Positions 37,725-48,112 of a stretch of 64,000 nt of DNA are shown one piece after another. The stretch's first letter is position 1, and each line of letters opens with the position of its first letter. The stretch lies in IMG/VR virus record IMGVR_UViG_3300029288_000155; one strand, written 5' to 3'. A model generated the notes under the pieces. That model worked only from the letters and a program-made list of their open reading frames with translations. It was not told where the DNA came from and did no database searches. Source of the stretch: an uncultured virus (IMG/VR IMGVR_UViG_3300029288_000155). Taxonomy: Duplodnaviria > Heunggongvirae > Uroviricota > Caudoviricetes. The translations under genes were made by a program, and so were the position numbers.

Positions 37725-39740
37725 ATGAATATATCCAAATTATTAAAAAAAATAAAATTTGCTCAGTTTGAAGAAGTAAAAGAAGAACATATTTTAAATA
37801 ATTTACCTCAAGCTGCTGATCCGACTATTCCCGATTCAACTAATATTTCTCCAAATAATGTTGCAAATATTCCAACTTCTCCTCCAATTAAATCAAAGGG
37901 AAGTTTTATTAGTAAAATAGTTGTCTATAAAGATGTTTATTTATATCTTCAATTAATTCCTAAGGGAGTAAATATTTTAGAAATAACCCCTTTAATGAAA
38001 TCTTTAGGATACGCTTGGAAATATGGAAATTTTTCTAAAAGAGTAGCTCCAGATCAATTATCAAATATCGAACAAGAATTTACAACTATAGAAAGTAATG
38101 GATATAATGTAGAAAAAGATGCATTAATAGACCTGCAAAATAGAAACACGGGGAATACAGAAACTCCCGTTCAATCTGGAGAAACTAACTTAGAAGGAAA
38201 GACAAATGAAGAAAAAATAGAAACAATTAAAGAAGCAATCCCCTCTAAACAATATAAAATCACTAAAGAATATGTAGATAAACAGATTGAAAACCTATTT
38301 AATAATTTTGGGTCAGAAGAAACTCAGAAATTTTTAGATGAACAATTTAAGTTAAAAACTATTACTGCAGATGGGTTTCATCCATATAGTTTACAAAATA
38401 ATTATTTAATAATGCTTCAAAATAAGAAAAAAAATCCTATAACTGGAGAAATAGAAAGGAATTCTGGATATGTAGCATCTAAAACAAATTGGAAAAAAAT
38501 AGGAAGAATTCCAAAAGAAGGTGAATCTGGAATGTATATTTTTAGACCTGATATCAAAAAAATAACAGCAGAAAATCTTCAGAGGATATATTATCTTATT
38601 ATTAATTTATATCAAAGTGAATTAAATAAACCTATAAACGAAGTTTCTAATTTATTAGGAACTATAAGAAGTAATATTGATTATAAGAATTATAGGCCAT
38701 CTAAAAATAAAATATCTTATAGTGATTATATTTATATAAAAAATGAATTATCAAAAACAAATCAATTTAAAACATTAAATGATTTTATCAATTTATTAGA
38801 AGAAAAGATATCTGGAGTTTCAGATAAGAATGAATCAATAGATAGCTTAATGACTGGTTTTAAATTTGAACCAATCGCTTTAGACATGAATCAAACACAA
38901 CCAGACCCAGAATGGAAAGGTGTTGACTTTGAAGAACAAGCTAATAAAGTGAGATCAATGTGGATGGGATTAGATAATAAACCATCAGAAAAAATAGACG
39001 CATTATCTGATACTTTAATTAAAGCAATATCAGAGGGGAAAGTTGGAGGAAAAAATATTAACGTATCCTTCAAGAATACTGGTAGATCTGGAGGATATTC
39101 TGCGAACGGAGAAATTGCAATAGATAAATTATCTCAAGGATTAAGAAGATTTAAAACATTAGTACATGAAGTTGCACATGAATATTTACATTGGGGAAAA
39201 AGAACTGATAAAAAAGGTAGAATAAATGAAGAAATACAAGCTGACCTAACGGCTATGATAATCTTGAATTATTATGGATTTCCAGATATCCAAACAACAA
39301 CAAATTATTTAAAAAATGTTGTAAAAGATAAAAAAGATCTAACGGATGCTATAAATGAAGTTCTTGCTGCGTCAAACGCAATTATTTCCTCTATAGAAGA
39401 AGAAAAGCTAGAAGTTGGAACAAACATTGGAGGAGAAAATCTAATGCAAGCAAAGAATTGGTATGAAAGAATAAAATTGGCTCATTATTCTGAAAAAGAA
39501 AAACCAGGAGAAGGATATGGAGGAGAAGGTCAATTTCAGGCACGATATATCGAAGATAGAGCAAGGGAAAACGAAGAATGGATAAAGCTAATGAGAGCCG
39601 CTATAAAAGAAGATTTAAGAACAAGATCTCAAGACAGAACAAATAGAGTAATGCAAAGACTTTTGGATATAGGATATGCAAGACAAAATATTATATCTTG
39701 GATTTTAGGTCCAGCTATGCATGGAATTAAAGTGAGGTAA
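37725..39740 (+). CDS. Polyvalent-type protein: ArdC-like ssDNA-binding domain plus zincin metallopeptidase, with internal NWY motif
   Basis: YSLQNxxLIMLQ...VASxxxWKKIGRxPKEGE; TLVHEVAHEYLH...EEIQAD; KNWYERIKLA near the C-terminus. Confidence 0.78.
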   Translation: MNISKLLKKIKFAQFEEVKEEHILNNLPQAADPTIPDSTNISPNNVANIPTSPPIKSKGSFISKIVVYKDVYLYLQLIPKGVNILEITPLMKSLGYAWKYGNFSKRVAPDQLSNIEQEFTTIESNGYNVEKDALIDLQNRNTGNTETPVQSGETNLEGKTNEEKIETIKEAIPSKQYKITKEYVDKQIENLFNNFGSEETQKFLDEQFKLKTITADGFHPYSLQNNYLIMLQNKKKNPITGEIERNSGYVASKTNWKKIGRIPKEGESGMYIFRPDIKKITAENLQRIYYLIINLYQSELNKPINEVSNLLGTIRSNIDYKNYRPSKNKISYSDYIYIKNELSKTNQFKTLNDFINLLEEKISGVSDKNESIDSLMTGFKFEPIALDMNQTQPDPEWKGVDFEEQANKVRSMWMGLDNKPSEKIDALSDTLIKAISEGKVGGKNINVSFKNTGRSGGYSANGEIAIDKLSQGLRRFKTLVHEVAHEYLHWGKRTDKKGRINEEIQADLTAMIILNYYGFPDIQTTTNYLKNVVKDKKDLTDAINEVLAASNAIISSIEEEKLEVGTNIGGENLMQAKNWYERIKLAHYSEKEKPGEGYGGEGQFQARYIEDRARENEEWIKLMRAAIKEDLRTRSQDRTNRVMQRLLDIGYARQNIISWILGPAMHGIKVR

Positions 39741-39743
39741 AAA

Positions 39744-40235
39744 ATGAACTGGTATAAATTGGCTCAATTTACAGAAGAAAATATAGAAGGGACTGATTCT
39801 CCAAATGTTGTTATAGAACCTGTAGAGCCTATTGTTCAAGAAGTAGTTAACGAACTTAAAACTGAATCTCCAAATATTTTTCAAGGGGTAAGAAAAATAA
39901 AAATAGATATGGGATACGGGCAATTTGGTTCCGTTTCTAGTGAAGACCCATCTGATATAAATTTAAATTTTAATAGAATAAAGTCCCAATTATCTCAAGA
40001 ATTTGGAACATCTTTTGATATTAATGATCCTAATCAAAAACAAAGATTAAAAAATATGATAAAAGAAACTATTATTCATGAAAAGGGGCATGTTTCTGAT
40101 GCTTGGAGTGCTCATCAAAAAACTCCTGGAATAGGGGGGGCAAAATTATTTCCAGGAGGAGAAAATGTTGCAGAGCAAAATGTTAGAAAAATGATGCCTA
40201 ATCTAACCTCAAAATCTAAAATAAATATAAAATAA
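39744..40235 (+). CDS. MNWYK-tagged zincin-like metallopeptidase
   Basis: TIIHEKGH and downstream GExxAE. Confidence 0.75.
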   Translation: MNWYKLAQFTEENIEGTDSPNVVIEPVEPIVQEVVNELKTESPNIFQGVRKIKIDMGYGQFGSVSSEDPSDINLNFNRIKSQLSQEFGTSFDINDPNQKQRLKNMIKETIIHEKGHVSDAWSAHQKTPGIGGAKLFPGGENVAEQNVRKMMPNLTSKSKINIK

Positions 40236-40236
40236 T

Positions 40237-40887
40237 ATGAACTGGTATAAAAGAAATAAGTTAGCATCAAATAATATTAAGTTTCCAGAGAATATAGAAG
40301 AAGATATTAACGAAATATCTGAATATTGTGTTAATTATTATTTTGAAGGAAGGCAAGGGAAAGAATTTATTAAAGAAATAAACTTTATAAATCCATATAA
40401 GAATAAACAAGAAAGAGTTTATATTGTCGTTTACCCATCGACTTCAAATAAGATTGAAGCGATAGCATCTTTTAATTCTCAAAATAAAACTATTGTAATT
40501 TTTCCTTATCATAACAATACTGACAATATAAATAGATATGAATTGTTTATCCTTATAAAAAGAGCAGTTTATCATGAGATAACTCATGCAATAGACCCTA
40601 AATTATCAATTCCAAATTGGCAAAAAAATAGAATAAATATAAAATATGAATTAAAGCAAGAAGAATTTGATGCGTATTCAAAACAAATAGAAATAACTAT
40701 AAAAGATAATTTAAATGAAAATAATTTTGAAGAATTCAAAAATTGGTTATCATCTTCAGATATAAATACAATTCCTTTTTATTTAGATTGGTATAAGAAT
40801 AAATTTTTAAAAGAATGGGAAAAATATAAACCTATTTATATTAAGAAATTAAAACAAAGATTATATAATATTTTTATTAAGAGGTAG
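40237..40887 (+). CDS. MNWYK-tagged zincin-like metallopeptidase
   Basis: VYHEITHAID and EEFDAY. Confidence 0.78.
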   Translation: MNWYKRNKLASNNIKFPENIEEDINEISEYCVNYYFEGRQGKEFIKEINFINPYKNKQERVYIVVYPSTSNKIEAIASFNSQNKTIVIFPYHNNTDNINRYELFILIKRAVYHEITHAIDPKLSIPNWQKNRINIKYELKQEEFDAYSKQIEITIKDNLNENNFEEFKNWLSSSDINTIPFYLDWYKNKFLKEWEKYKPIYIKKLKQRLYNIFIKR

Positions 40888-40892
40888 AAAAA

Positions 40893-41283
40893 ATGATAAG
40901 AAATATAGTTAAAAAAGATCATTATATTTACAATGATTATGAAGAAGTTAAAAGTTGGAGTGGAGAATTATTTCATGAAAGAGCAGAGGATATAGAGCCT
41001 GAAATTTTCTTTAGAATAGTTTTAGAAGAAGCTGAAAAAATAGGGAATTTTTCTCCAATAGAGAAAATATATTATTAAGGATAAATAGAATATGAGTTTT
41101 AAAAAATTTACTAAAAAAGATCATTATATTTATAACAATTATGAAGAAGTTAAAAGATGGGATATAAATTTATTTCAAGAAAGAATAGAAGATATAAATC
41201 AGGAAGTAATTTTTAAGATAATTGAAGATGGAATAAAAGATAAAACAGCTTTAATTAGTTTAGTAGATTATAAAAAAATATAG
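40893..41283 (+). CDS. Tandem paralog pair of small proteins (40893..41078, 41092..41283)
   Basis: KKDHYIYNxYEEVKxW...LFxERxEDI shared. Confidence 0.75.
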
Positions 41284-41300
41284 AGAGATAATGGAGCAAT

Positions 41301-42395
41301 ATGAATTGGTATAAATTATTAAAATTAGCGGAATTTTTAGAGTATGACGACGATGAATCTACTTTTTTAGATCATCTTAAAACAATATATGAATTAGAAT
41401 ATAAAACATATATTTTAAGTAATTATCCATTTAAGGGATTAGAACAAAGAAAAGAAAATATTATAAAAAGATTAACGCAAAGATTAAATAATTCTATTGA
41501 AAAAGTTAAGCCTCCGTTATTATATACTTTTGAAAAATGGCTACAAGGACATGCCCTAACTAATGCAGATGCATGGGCTTCTGCAAGAATTAATAGAGAA
41601 GAAGTAGAAGCATTAGGAACAGAAAGTGCTTTATTAAATACAATTATAGAATATAGCAGATATAAAAATGGAGAAGTAGTATATTCAAATCGTCCTCCAA
41701 ATTATAATAAGATTTTTTCTGAAATGATAAGAGAAGCCTTCGAAAATGAAAGTTATTTTCCAAGTTTAACAGCTTTAAAAAACACTTTAATTAAAGAAAG
41801 ACAAGAAGAGTTAGACATAGAATATGAATCACAGGGGAAAAATGAATTTGGAGAAAATATGATTGGGCAACCTTTTAATTCTGATGAAGAAGCTCAACAA
41901 TATATACAAAATGAAATTAACAATTTTGATTTATCTGAATATATGTATAATTATGAAATTACTTATGAAAATATAGAAAACATATTTAATAATATAGGAA
42001 TAGATATAACAAGATTTATTTTTGAACTTAATAAAAATCTAATTTTCCCATTATGGTTTGAATATTGGGAAGAAAGAGGAATAGTAGAAACAAGAAAAAG
42101 AGTAGAAAATGCCTATAAAATGCTTTCTAATGCTAATAATGTAAAATCTAATATTGTTGCTATAAATCACGCATTAAATACAACTCATCAAACGGGAGAC
42201 ATGGTAGATTATTTTGAAGATGAAGAAAATGGAATTTCTGGATACGAAATTAAAAAACTTTTAAGTGCATTATCTTCTAATCAATATTTAAAAGAATGGA
42301 ATAATGATTTGAGGAAAATTGGATTAAAGATGGTTAAACAAGTACAACAAATGGCTTTTCCTAAACAAGAAGAAGAGAAATATGAATTGGTATAA
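41301..42395 (+). CDS. MNWYK-tagged hypothetical protein
   Basis: MNWYKLLKLAE start, 364 aa. Confidence 0.8.
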   Translation: MNWYKLLKLAEFLEYDDDESTFLDHLKTIYELEYKTYILSNYPFKGLEQRKENIIKRLTQRLNNSIEKVKPPLLYTFEKWLQGHALTNADAWASARINREEVEALGTESALLNTIIEYSRYKNGEVVYSNRPPNYNKIFSEMIREAFENESYFPSLTALKNTLIKERQEELDIEYESQGKNEFGENMIGQPFNSDEEAQQYIQNEINNFDLSEYMYNYEITYENIENIFNNIGIDITRFIFELNKNLIFPLWFEYWEERGIVETRKRVENAYKMLSNANNVKSNIVAINHALNTTHQTGDMVDYFEDEENGISGYEIKKLLSALSSNQYLKEWNNDLRKIGLKMVKQVQQMAFPKQEEEKYELV

Positions 42396-42741
42396 ATTAT
42401 TAAAATTAGCGGCAATTCCAGACTATAAAAAAATATTAGAATTGCAAAAAGCAACTGAAGGAATGATAGCCGCTATAAAGGATCCAAAAACAGGAAAAAT
42501 ATATACTGGTTTTTCTCATCAATCAATTATAGATAACGTAAAAGATAATGAGGTTGCTAGCAGATTATGGAAGGAACAGTTATATGATGATAATTCTGGG
42601 TTTATTGATAAAAATGGAAAATTTTTAAATAGAAATGAAGCAGAAAAACAATATCAAATACTTACTATGGAAGATCTTAAAGATTTAAGAAATAATAAAA
42701 ATTTAGGTAGATTATTTCGTGGAGGAATTCCCGGAGAATGA
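42382..42741 (+). CDS. MNWYK-tagged hypothetical protein (GFIxxxGxFLxRxEA motif)
   Basis: MNWYKLLKLAA start. Confidence 0.78.
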   Translation: MNWYKLLKLAAIPDYKKILELQKATEGMIAAIKDPKTGKIYTGFSHQSIIDNVKDNEVASRLWKEQLYDDNSGFIDKNGKFLNRNEAEKQYQILTMEDLKDLRNNKNLGRLFRGGIPGE

Positions 42742-43487
42742 ATTGGTATAAAAAAGCAAATTTTAATAAATATTCTAGCGTAACATTTAGAATAGATGGA
42801 ACGGAAAAAATATCAGAACCCATGACTAAAGAAGATATTTGTAACGATCTTTTAGATTATGTATTCTATAATACTAATCTTGCAGAAATATTTGATATTC
42901 AATGGAATGATATTGATCCGGATATGAGTTCTGGGAATCCATTTGATTATACCGGAAGTATAAATTTTTATCTAACAAATAAAGAATTAACTGCAGATAT
43001 AGTCAATGATATTATTCAAGGTTATAATAATCATAAGGCTGGAGAGATAAAATTAAAAGTTTATAAAATAAATAAATCTGGACAATATGGAAGACCTGGA
43101 ACAAATGTTGCCAGAATATTAATAGAACAAAATAATACTGTAAATCTATCTAAAGTTCCTTATATTAATATATCTAATGACAATGCTAAAGCTTTTCTTT
43201 CTTTATTAATAGATGAAGGATTAATAATAGATGGAGATTTTAATGGCGGGTCTTTTGATGCTATACAGGCATTAAATATATTAAATGATATAGACCAAAA
43301 TGATTTCGTAATTGACCCTTATATAAGACAAAATAATGATAATTTAGATGAAGAAGATGATAATGTCCAAATATTAGATTTTGGATTAAGTAAAGAACAA
43401 ATAATGAGTTATATATACAAAATTAAAGAAATGATTAATTATATAAATCAAAATAATCTCCCAAATAAAACAATTTCTTATTTTTAA
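42738..43487 (+). CDS. MNWYK-tagged hypothetical protein
   Basis: MNWYKKAN start. Confidence 0.78.
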   Translation: MNWYKKANFNKYSSVTFRIDGTEKISEPMTKEDICNDLLDYVFYNTNLAEIFDIQWNDIDPDMSSGNPFDYTGSINFYLTNKELTADIVNDIIQGYNNHKAGEIKLKVYKINKSGQYGRPGTNVARILIEQNNTVNLSKVPYINISNDNAKAFLSLLIDEGLIIDGDFNGGSFDAIQALNILNDIDQNDFVIDPYIRQNNDNLDEEDDNVQILDFGLSKEQIMSYIYKIKEMINYINQNNLPNKTISYF

Positions 43488-43491
43488 AAAT

Positions 43492-43848
43492 ATGGGAGAT
43501 AAAATGGAGGACGATATGAAAATAATAAAGACAGCACAATATTCTAATATTGAAGATGAAAAATTAGCACAAGACCTTATACATATTGGGTCTGGAGACT
43601 ACGAGAATCCAAGGCAGTTTCCGAACCTATTATCAGTCGGAAAATCTTTAATTGAAGGGTTGGAGGCAAATAAAGAAGAATTAGAGGCTTCTTTAAAAGA
43701 AATAGATATTATTATAAATAATAAGATAAAAAATCAAGATAGATATTCTAATGATAAACTTCCAATAGTAAAACTAAAGAATATACAATCTAAATTATTA
43801 GCTAAAATTTTTGATGAAAAACCAGTCTATGCTGAAAAGAAAGATTAG
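43492..43848 (+). CDS. Hypothetical protein; probable start at MKIIKTAQ (43516)
   Basis: GGAGG precedes the internal ATG. Confidence 0.65.
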   Translation: MGDKMEDDMKIIKTAQYSNIEDEKLAQDLIHIGSGDYENPRQFPNLLSVGKSLIEGLEANKEELEASLKEIDIIINNKIKNQDRYSNDKLPIVKLKNIQSKLLAKIFDEKPVYAEKKD

Positions 43849-44201
43849 TATTCAAAAATGCATTTCTTAGGAATTTGTTTATGAGAAATAAGTCCTACTT
43901 CTAGAGCAACAGACCTATTAGATATATAATTAATTACATAGCCTTTATTTATACATTTTGTTTGAGTTAATTGAACAGCCCAAGCTACTTGGGCTAATAT
44001 ATTTTTCCTATTAAAATCAGAATTATACAAATTTTCCGGAGATTCATTTAAAATTTTAACAATTTTATCTAAAATTTCATAGTATTGCTCTTTGCTTCCG
44101 GTAGGATTTGTTGCGGAAAACCAATTTTCTACACTTCCAAATTCATCTTTAAGTTTTTGATACATAATTCTTCTTAAATTTTGGTTCCATTTAGCACTCA
44201 T
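43845..44201 (-). CDS. Hypothetical protein
   Basis: 118-aa ORF with its own sigma70-like promoter. Confidence 0.7.
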   Translation of the reverse strand: MSAKWNQNLRRIMYQKLKDEFGSVENWFSATNPTGSKEQYYEILDKIVKILNESPENLYNSDFNRKNILAQVAWAVQLTQTKCINKGYVINYISNRSVALEVGLISHKQIPKKCIFEY

Positions 44202-44250
44202 CTTAATTGTCTTTCTAAAAAAATAAAATTAGTTAAATTCACACAAATTT

Positions 44251-44279
44251 ATCATACCTTTCAATTCCTCCTATGTCAA
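44251..44279 (-). promoter_or_regulatory. Canonical sigma70-type promoter
   Basis: TTGACA-N17-TATGAT. Confidence 0.72.
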
Positions 44280-44290
44280 CTATAAAATCT

Positions 44291-44629
44291 CTATTTTTCT
44301 AAAATTCTTTTAACTATTTCGCCCCAATTATCCTTAAATTCTATAGCGCAATCATCAATGTAACAATCTGCTACAGGTTTAGAAAATTCTACTATTTCAT
44401 CAAATGGAATATCTTTATTTTTTAAATATTCTTCCATTAGTTTTTGAGCATCTTTGGGTCGATTTGTTAATTCTAAAGAATTTCTACAAGAATGAATGGA
44501 AATATAGTATCCTTCTTCTTTTAATTTTTTAAGAGCTTCTTTTACTCCAGGTTTAGGTTCTGAAAAATTAGGATAAACATTATTATTTATAATGGTTCCA
44601 TCAAAATCTATTACAATCCTTTTTGGCAT
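44291..44629 (-). CDS. HAD-superfamily phosphatase (cap-less)
   Basis: IDFDGTI, HSCR, KPxADxYIDD. Confidence 0.88.
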   Translation of the reverse strand: MPKRIVIDFDGTIINNNVYPNFSEPKPGVKEALKKLKEEGYYISIHSCRNSLELTNRPKDAQKLMEEYLKNKDIPFDEIVEFSKPVADCYIDDCAIEFKDNWGEIVKRILEK

Positions 44630-45572
44630 ATTTTTTATTCCCTTTTATATAAAAACTTACTAAATTTCTAAATTTTAAAATATTATTTTTTTTCCCGATA
44701 GTAACTATTAATGAATCTTTATAGATTTTTCCAGTTCTTTTATCTATTTTTTTCTTACAAACACAATAGCGATATCCTACCTTATTAAAATATAAACATT
44801 TTTTATAACTATCAATTATAGACTCTACTGTATTGTTCACGCCTAATACTTCATTCCCATTTTTATTTTTTTGATAGTATCCATCTGAGTTTAATAGACC
44901 GGCGGCGAAATTAATATTTTTATAAATATTTGCTTTAATCTTTGGTTGAGCCTTATGTTTATTTCCCCAAAACAACATACCATAGTTTTTTAATAATTTG
45001 TTTGGGAGAACAAAGCCTATCGACTGACAATTTCTATGATATTTAGGTTCAACGAAAAATTTTATTTTTAGTTTTTTAAATATTTTTTTAGAAACTGATA
45101 TTATTTTTTTATCTTTTATATGAAAGGCAATAAAAATTCTTATTGTTTCTTTTGTATTTTTTCTAAGATGCCCATCCCCTAAAATTAATCCAAACAAATA
45201 AGCTACTTCATTTATATTATCTTTAAAATATTTAAATAGATGGTTATATTTTTTATAAATACTATGTTTTTCATAACATTTTACAGAACAATATTTTCTT
45301 TTAGAAGAAGACGGAGAATAAAAAACGTTTTTGCACCATAAACAACTTATTTTATTTTTTCTATAATTTCGTCCGTTAGGATCTTTGGTAACTTTAGGAC
45401 CCTTATTTCTACAGCTAGAACATAAATTTTTTTCTATTTTTCTTCTTTTTATATTTTGATATAATGTTTCCCATTCTTTTCCACACTCGTCGCATTTAAC
45501 TAAAACTTTTTGTCTTTTAATAATATCTCCTGTTTTTTCATTTCTATGATAATATTCAGAATCTATGATCAT
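44601..45572 (-). CDS. Free-standing LAGLIDADG homing endonuclease with N-terminal Cys motifs
   Basis: AYLFGLILGDG and FAAGLLNSDG; several CxxC. Confidence 0.8.
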   Translation of the reverse strand: MIIDSEYYHRNEKTGDIIKRQKVLVKCDECGKEWETLYQNIKRRKIEKNLCSSCRNKGPKVTKDPNGRNYRKNKISCLWCKNVFYSPSSSKRKYCSVKCYEKHSIYKKYNHLFKYFKDNINEVAYLFGLILGDGHLRKNTKETIRIFIAFHIKDKKIISVSKKIFKKLKIKFFVEPKYHRNCQSIGFVLPNKLLKNYGMLFWGNKHKAQPKIKANIYKNINFAAGLLNSDGYYQKNKNGNEVLGVNNTVESIIDSYKKCLYFNKVGYRYCVCKKKIDKRTGKIYKDSLIVTIGKKNNILKFRNLVSFYIKGNKKYAKKDCNRF

Positions 45573-45575
45573 TTT

Positions 45576-46450
45576 TTATTCTTCCTTGTTATATTTTAAT
45601 ATTTTTGTTCTTATAATTGTTTCTTTTTCTTCTTCTGTCAGATATTCCCAATATTCTTTATAATTAAAATCAGGATTATACAATATCACATCTTTTCTTT
45701 GTGATTTATCTAATTTACTCCAATATTTTTTATAATCAAAAAGAGCAAAACAACTAATATTTGCAACAAAAACATCATTATTTCTTTTAGGAGAAACACA
45801 AGTCCACAAATTTTCATAATTTATTAATTCTTCTGGAATTATATTTGTAAGATAAAATTTCTGACATCGTAATTGATCTCCAAAAATTTTAATTTTATTA
45901 TTTTTTAATGGAACATAACATTCAAAAACTTTTTCTCCAAAAGAAAAAACACTAGCAAAGGAGAGAAATAAATTTAATCCATATGAACATTCTTTATCGG
46001 ACATATCTATATCTAAGGCTTCATACCAATTATTTAATTCATAAACATAATTTCTCATATGATTTGAGAGATTATTATGCAAAGCTTTATAGGCAATATA
46101 GCATTCTTGTCCTTGGAATGTAATAGTTTTCATTTTTTCCTTTAATATAATTTTCTTCTAATGCTTCTTACTTTTGCCCAAATTTTTTCAATTTTATTTT
46201 TAAGATAATCTTCGTTTTCGTCATCCTCTAATATTTCTTCTATTTGACATTCTATATCATCTATTGTTCTCTCTATTTCGAATATATAATTTTCAAAAAT
46301 TTGAAATCTAATTTCTTTAGAGTTTTCAAATTCGTCAAATGGAATAGCATTATCTACACAATAATTAATAAAGCATTTCCAAGAGCAACATTGATTATAT
46401 TGTGTTATCCAAATTTCTCCACAATAAGGGCAAACTTTATGATTTTTCAT
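45576..46450 (-). CDS. Two hypothetical genes (45576..46133, 46142..46450)
   Basis: Co-oriented ORFs with short spacers. Confidence 0.6.
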
Positions 46451-47046
46451 TTTTTATTCCTAAAATCTATATAATCCAAAATTTCTTTAGATAACTTGAA
46501 CCATTCTCCGTGATGATGATATTTTTTAAACAAAGTGTGTAATTCTTTTTCTTTTTTAAGCCCCCCATTTTCACTATAAATAAGAGATATTTTACATGGA
46601 GAAGAATTTTTTAAAGAACTTAATCTATTAAGAAGATGAGAGGTTCTTCCTATTTTTACTAATCCGTTTTCAGATTTGATAAAATAAATGTGTTCTAGAA
46701 TATTTCTATTTTCTATTGTACTATTTTTTAGATATAATAAAATATTCTTTTTTATTTCAGATGTTGGCATTTTAGAAATTTCTAATATGTTGTTTCTATT
46801 CAGATTAGAATCAAAAATTTTATCTTTAATTTCTTCTTTATTATCGAATTCTTTTAATATTATATCTATAGCTTTTGTAAGAACTATATGATGCCCTACT
46901 CCTCTATAGGATATTCCGTATTTTTTCGCTAAAATTATAGCTGTTGGACCTTTTTTTATTTTAGATACATCTTTTTGATACCAACCTTTTTCTTGTTTTG
47001 TCTCTAAATATTCTTTTCCTATTTCATATGATAATTTATTAATCAT
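46447..47046 (-). CDS. GIY-YIG / T5orf172-type domain protein
   Basis: IYFI...VKIGRT...RL...ExxLH...GEWF. Confidence 0.82.
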   Translation of the reverse strand: MINKLSYEIGKEYLETKQEKGWYQKDVSKIKKGPTAIILAKKYGISYRGVGHHIVLTKAIDIILKEFDNKEEIKDKIFDSNLNRNNILEISKMPTSEIKKNILLYLKNSTIENRNILEHIYFIKSENGLVKIGRTSHLLNRLSSLKNSSPCKISLIYSENGGLKKEKELHTLFKKYHHHGEWFKLSKEILDYIDFRNKK

Positions 47047-47048
47047 TT

Positions 47049-47549
47049 TTACTCCTGGAATTTATAGACCACAACATTAACATCTCTTTTCAGCCAAAAA
47101 TCTTCAATTAATTCTAATATAAATTTCCAATCTCCTCCCGATCTTAAACTGCCAAATTTGGGTGTATGTATTGCAAAATTCTCGTATTGTTTACAATATT
47201 TATATACAGATTCCATACATATAGCCAAAGCTCTATAATTTAATGGTCTTATATTATTATGATTATTAAATAGATTATTTTGAGCTATCATATTTGCAAC
47301 AATAAGATTATCATTAACTTTAACAAAATCTGTTTTTCCTAAAATGGTTTTATTATCATCTTTATTATTTAGACAAATATTTTTGTATTCTTTCTCTATA
47401 ATATTCCATTTATTTTTTAAAGCTAAGGCTACGCCCGCACCGAGTAAACCAAGATTATTAGCCACATGCGGGATAACTACTACCTCTTCTCCAAATTGAG
47501 GAATATATTCAGTGACATCTCCAGTTATTTCAATTATTTTTCCAGACAT
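47049..47549 (-). CDS. Macrodomain protein (ADP-ribose processing)
   Basis: GD, HVANNxGxxGAGVA, ANMIAQ, PKFGSxxSGGDW. Confidence 0.88.
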   Translation of the reverse strand: MSGKIIEITGDVTEYIPQFGEEVVVIPHVANNLGLLGAGVALALKNKWNIIEKEYKNICLNNKDDNKTILGKTDFVKVNDNLIVANMIAQNNLFNNHNNIRPLNYRALAICMESVYKYCKQYENFAIHTPKFGSLRSGGDWKFILELIEDFWLKRDVNVVVYKFQE

Positions 47550-47550
47550 T

Positions 47551-48111
47551 TTAATTTTCCTTATTTAAATTTTTTTTTATTTCATTTATTTCTTTTTTAA
47601 GAAATTCTAGTCCTTTATCTGAAAGCAAAATATAGGCATTTCTTCCAATATAGGAAAGCGTCTCTTCTTTTTTTATCATATCTAAAGCATTTAATACAGA
47701 TATAGATTCATTATTCCCGTAGAAATAATCAATATTTTTTTTGTTATCCATAACCCTAGTATCAAGACCTTTAATAGTAAATATAAAATTTGGATATATT
47801 TTTTTTATAATGCTTTTATAGACTTTAGGATTAGAATCTATTTTATCTCTATAATATTTGATTTTAGAAAATATAAAATCTTCTGGACGAATTAAAGTGA
47901 TATAAAAAAGATTTGTGCTTATAGAAAAGTGATATATATCTATATTCTTATCTATATCTTCTATCTCTTGTTGAGAAAAAAGTGACAAAATAATATCGCT
48001 TTGTTCCATTAATCTTTTTATAGAATTATTAAAATTCTTTTTCCCTCTAGATATCTGTTTTTTAATTGGAGATATTTTTTTATCTTTCGAGACAAACAAA
48101 TTAATTTTCAT
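47551..48111 (-). CDS. Hypothetical protein
   Basis: 186-aa ORF in operon. Confidence 0.6.
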   Translation of the reverse strand: MKINLFVSKDKKISPIKKQISRGKKNFNNSIKRLMEQSDIILSLFSQQEIEDIDKNIDIYHFSISTNLFYITLIRPEDFIFSKIKYYRDKIDSNPKVYKSIIKKIYPNFIFTIKGLDTRVMDNKKNIDYFYGNNESISVLNALDMIKKEETLSYIGRNAYILLSDKGLEFLKKEINEIKKNLNKEN

Positions 48112-48112
48112 T

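Noticed and set aside
25518..42395. C-terminal NELV/YELV as an independent protein motif
   Set aside because: It is the shifted-frame reading of the downstream ATGAA(T/C)TGGTATAA tag.
44601..45572. LAGLIDADG gene as part of an intron or intein
   Set aside because: The flanking genes look complete, and I saw no splice-junction residues or group I core. It appears free-standing.
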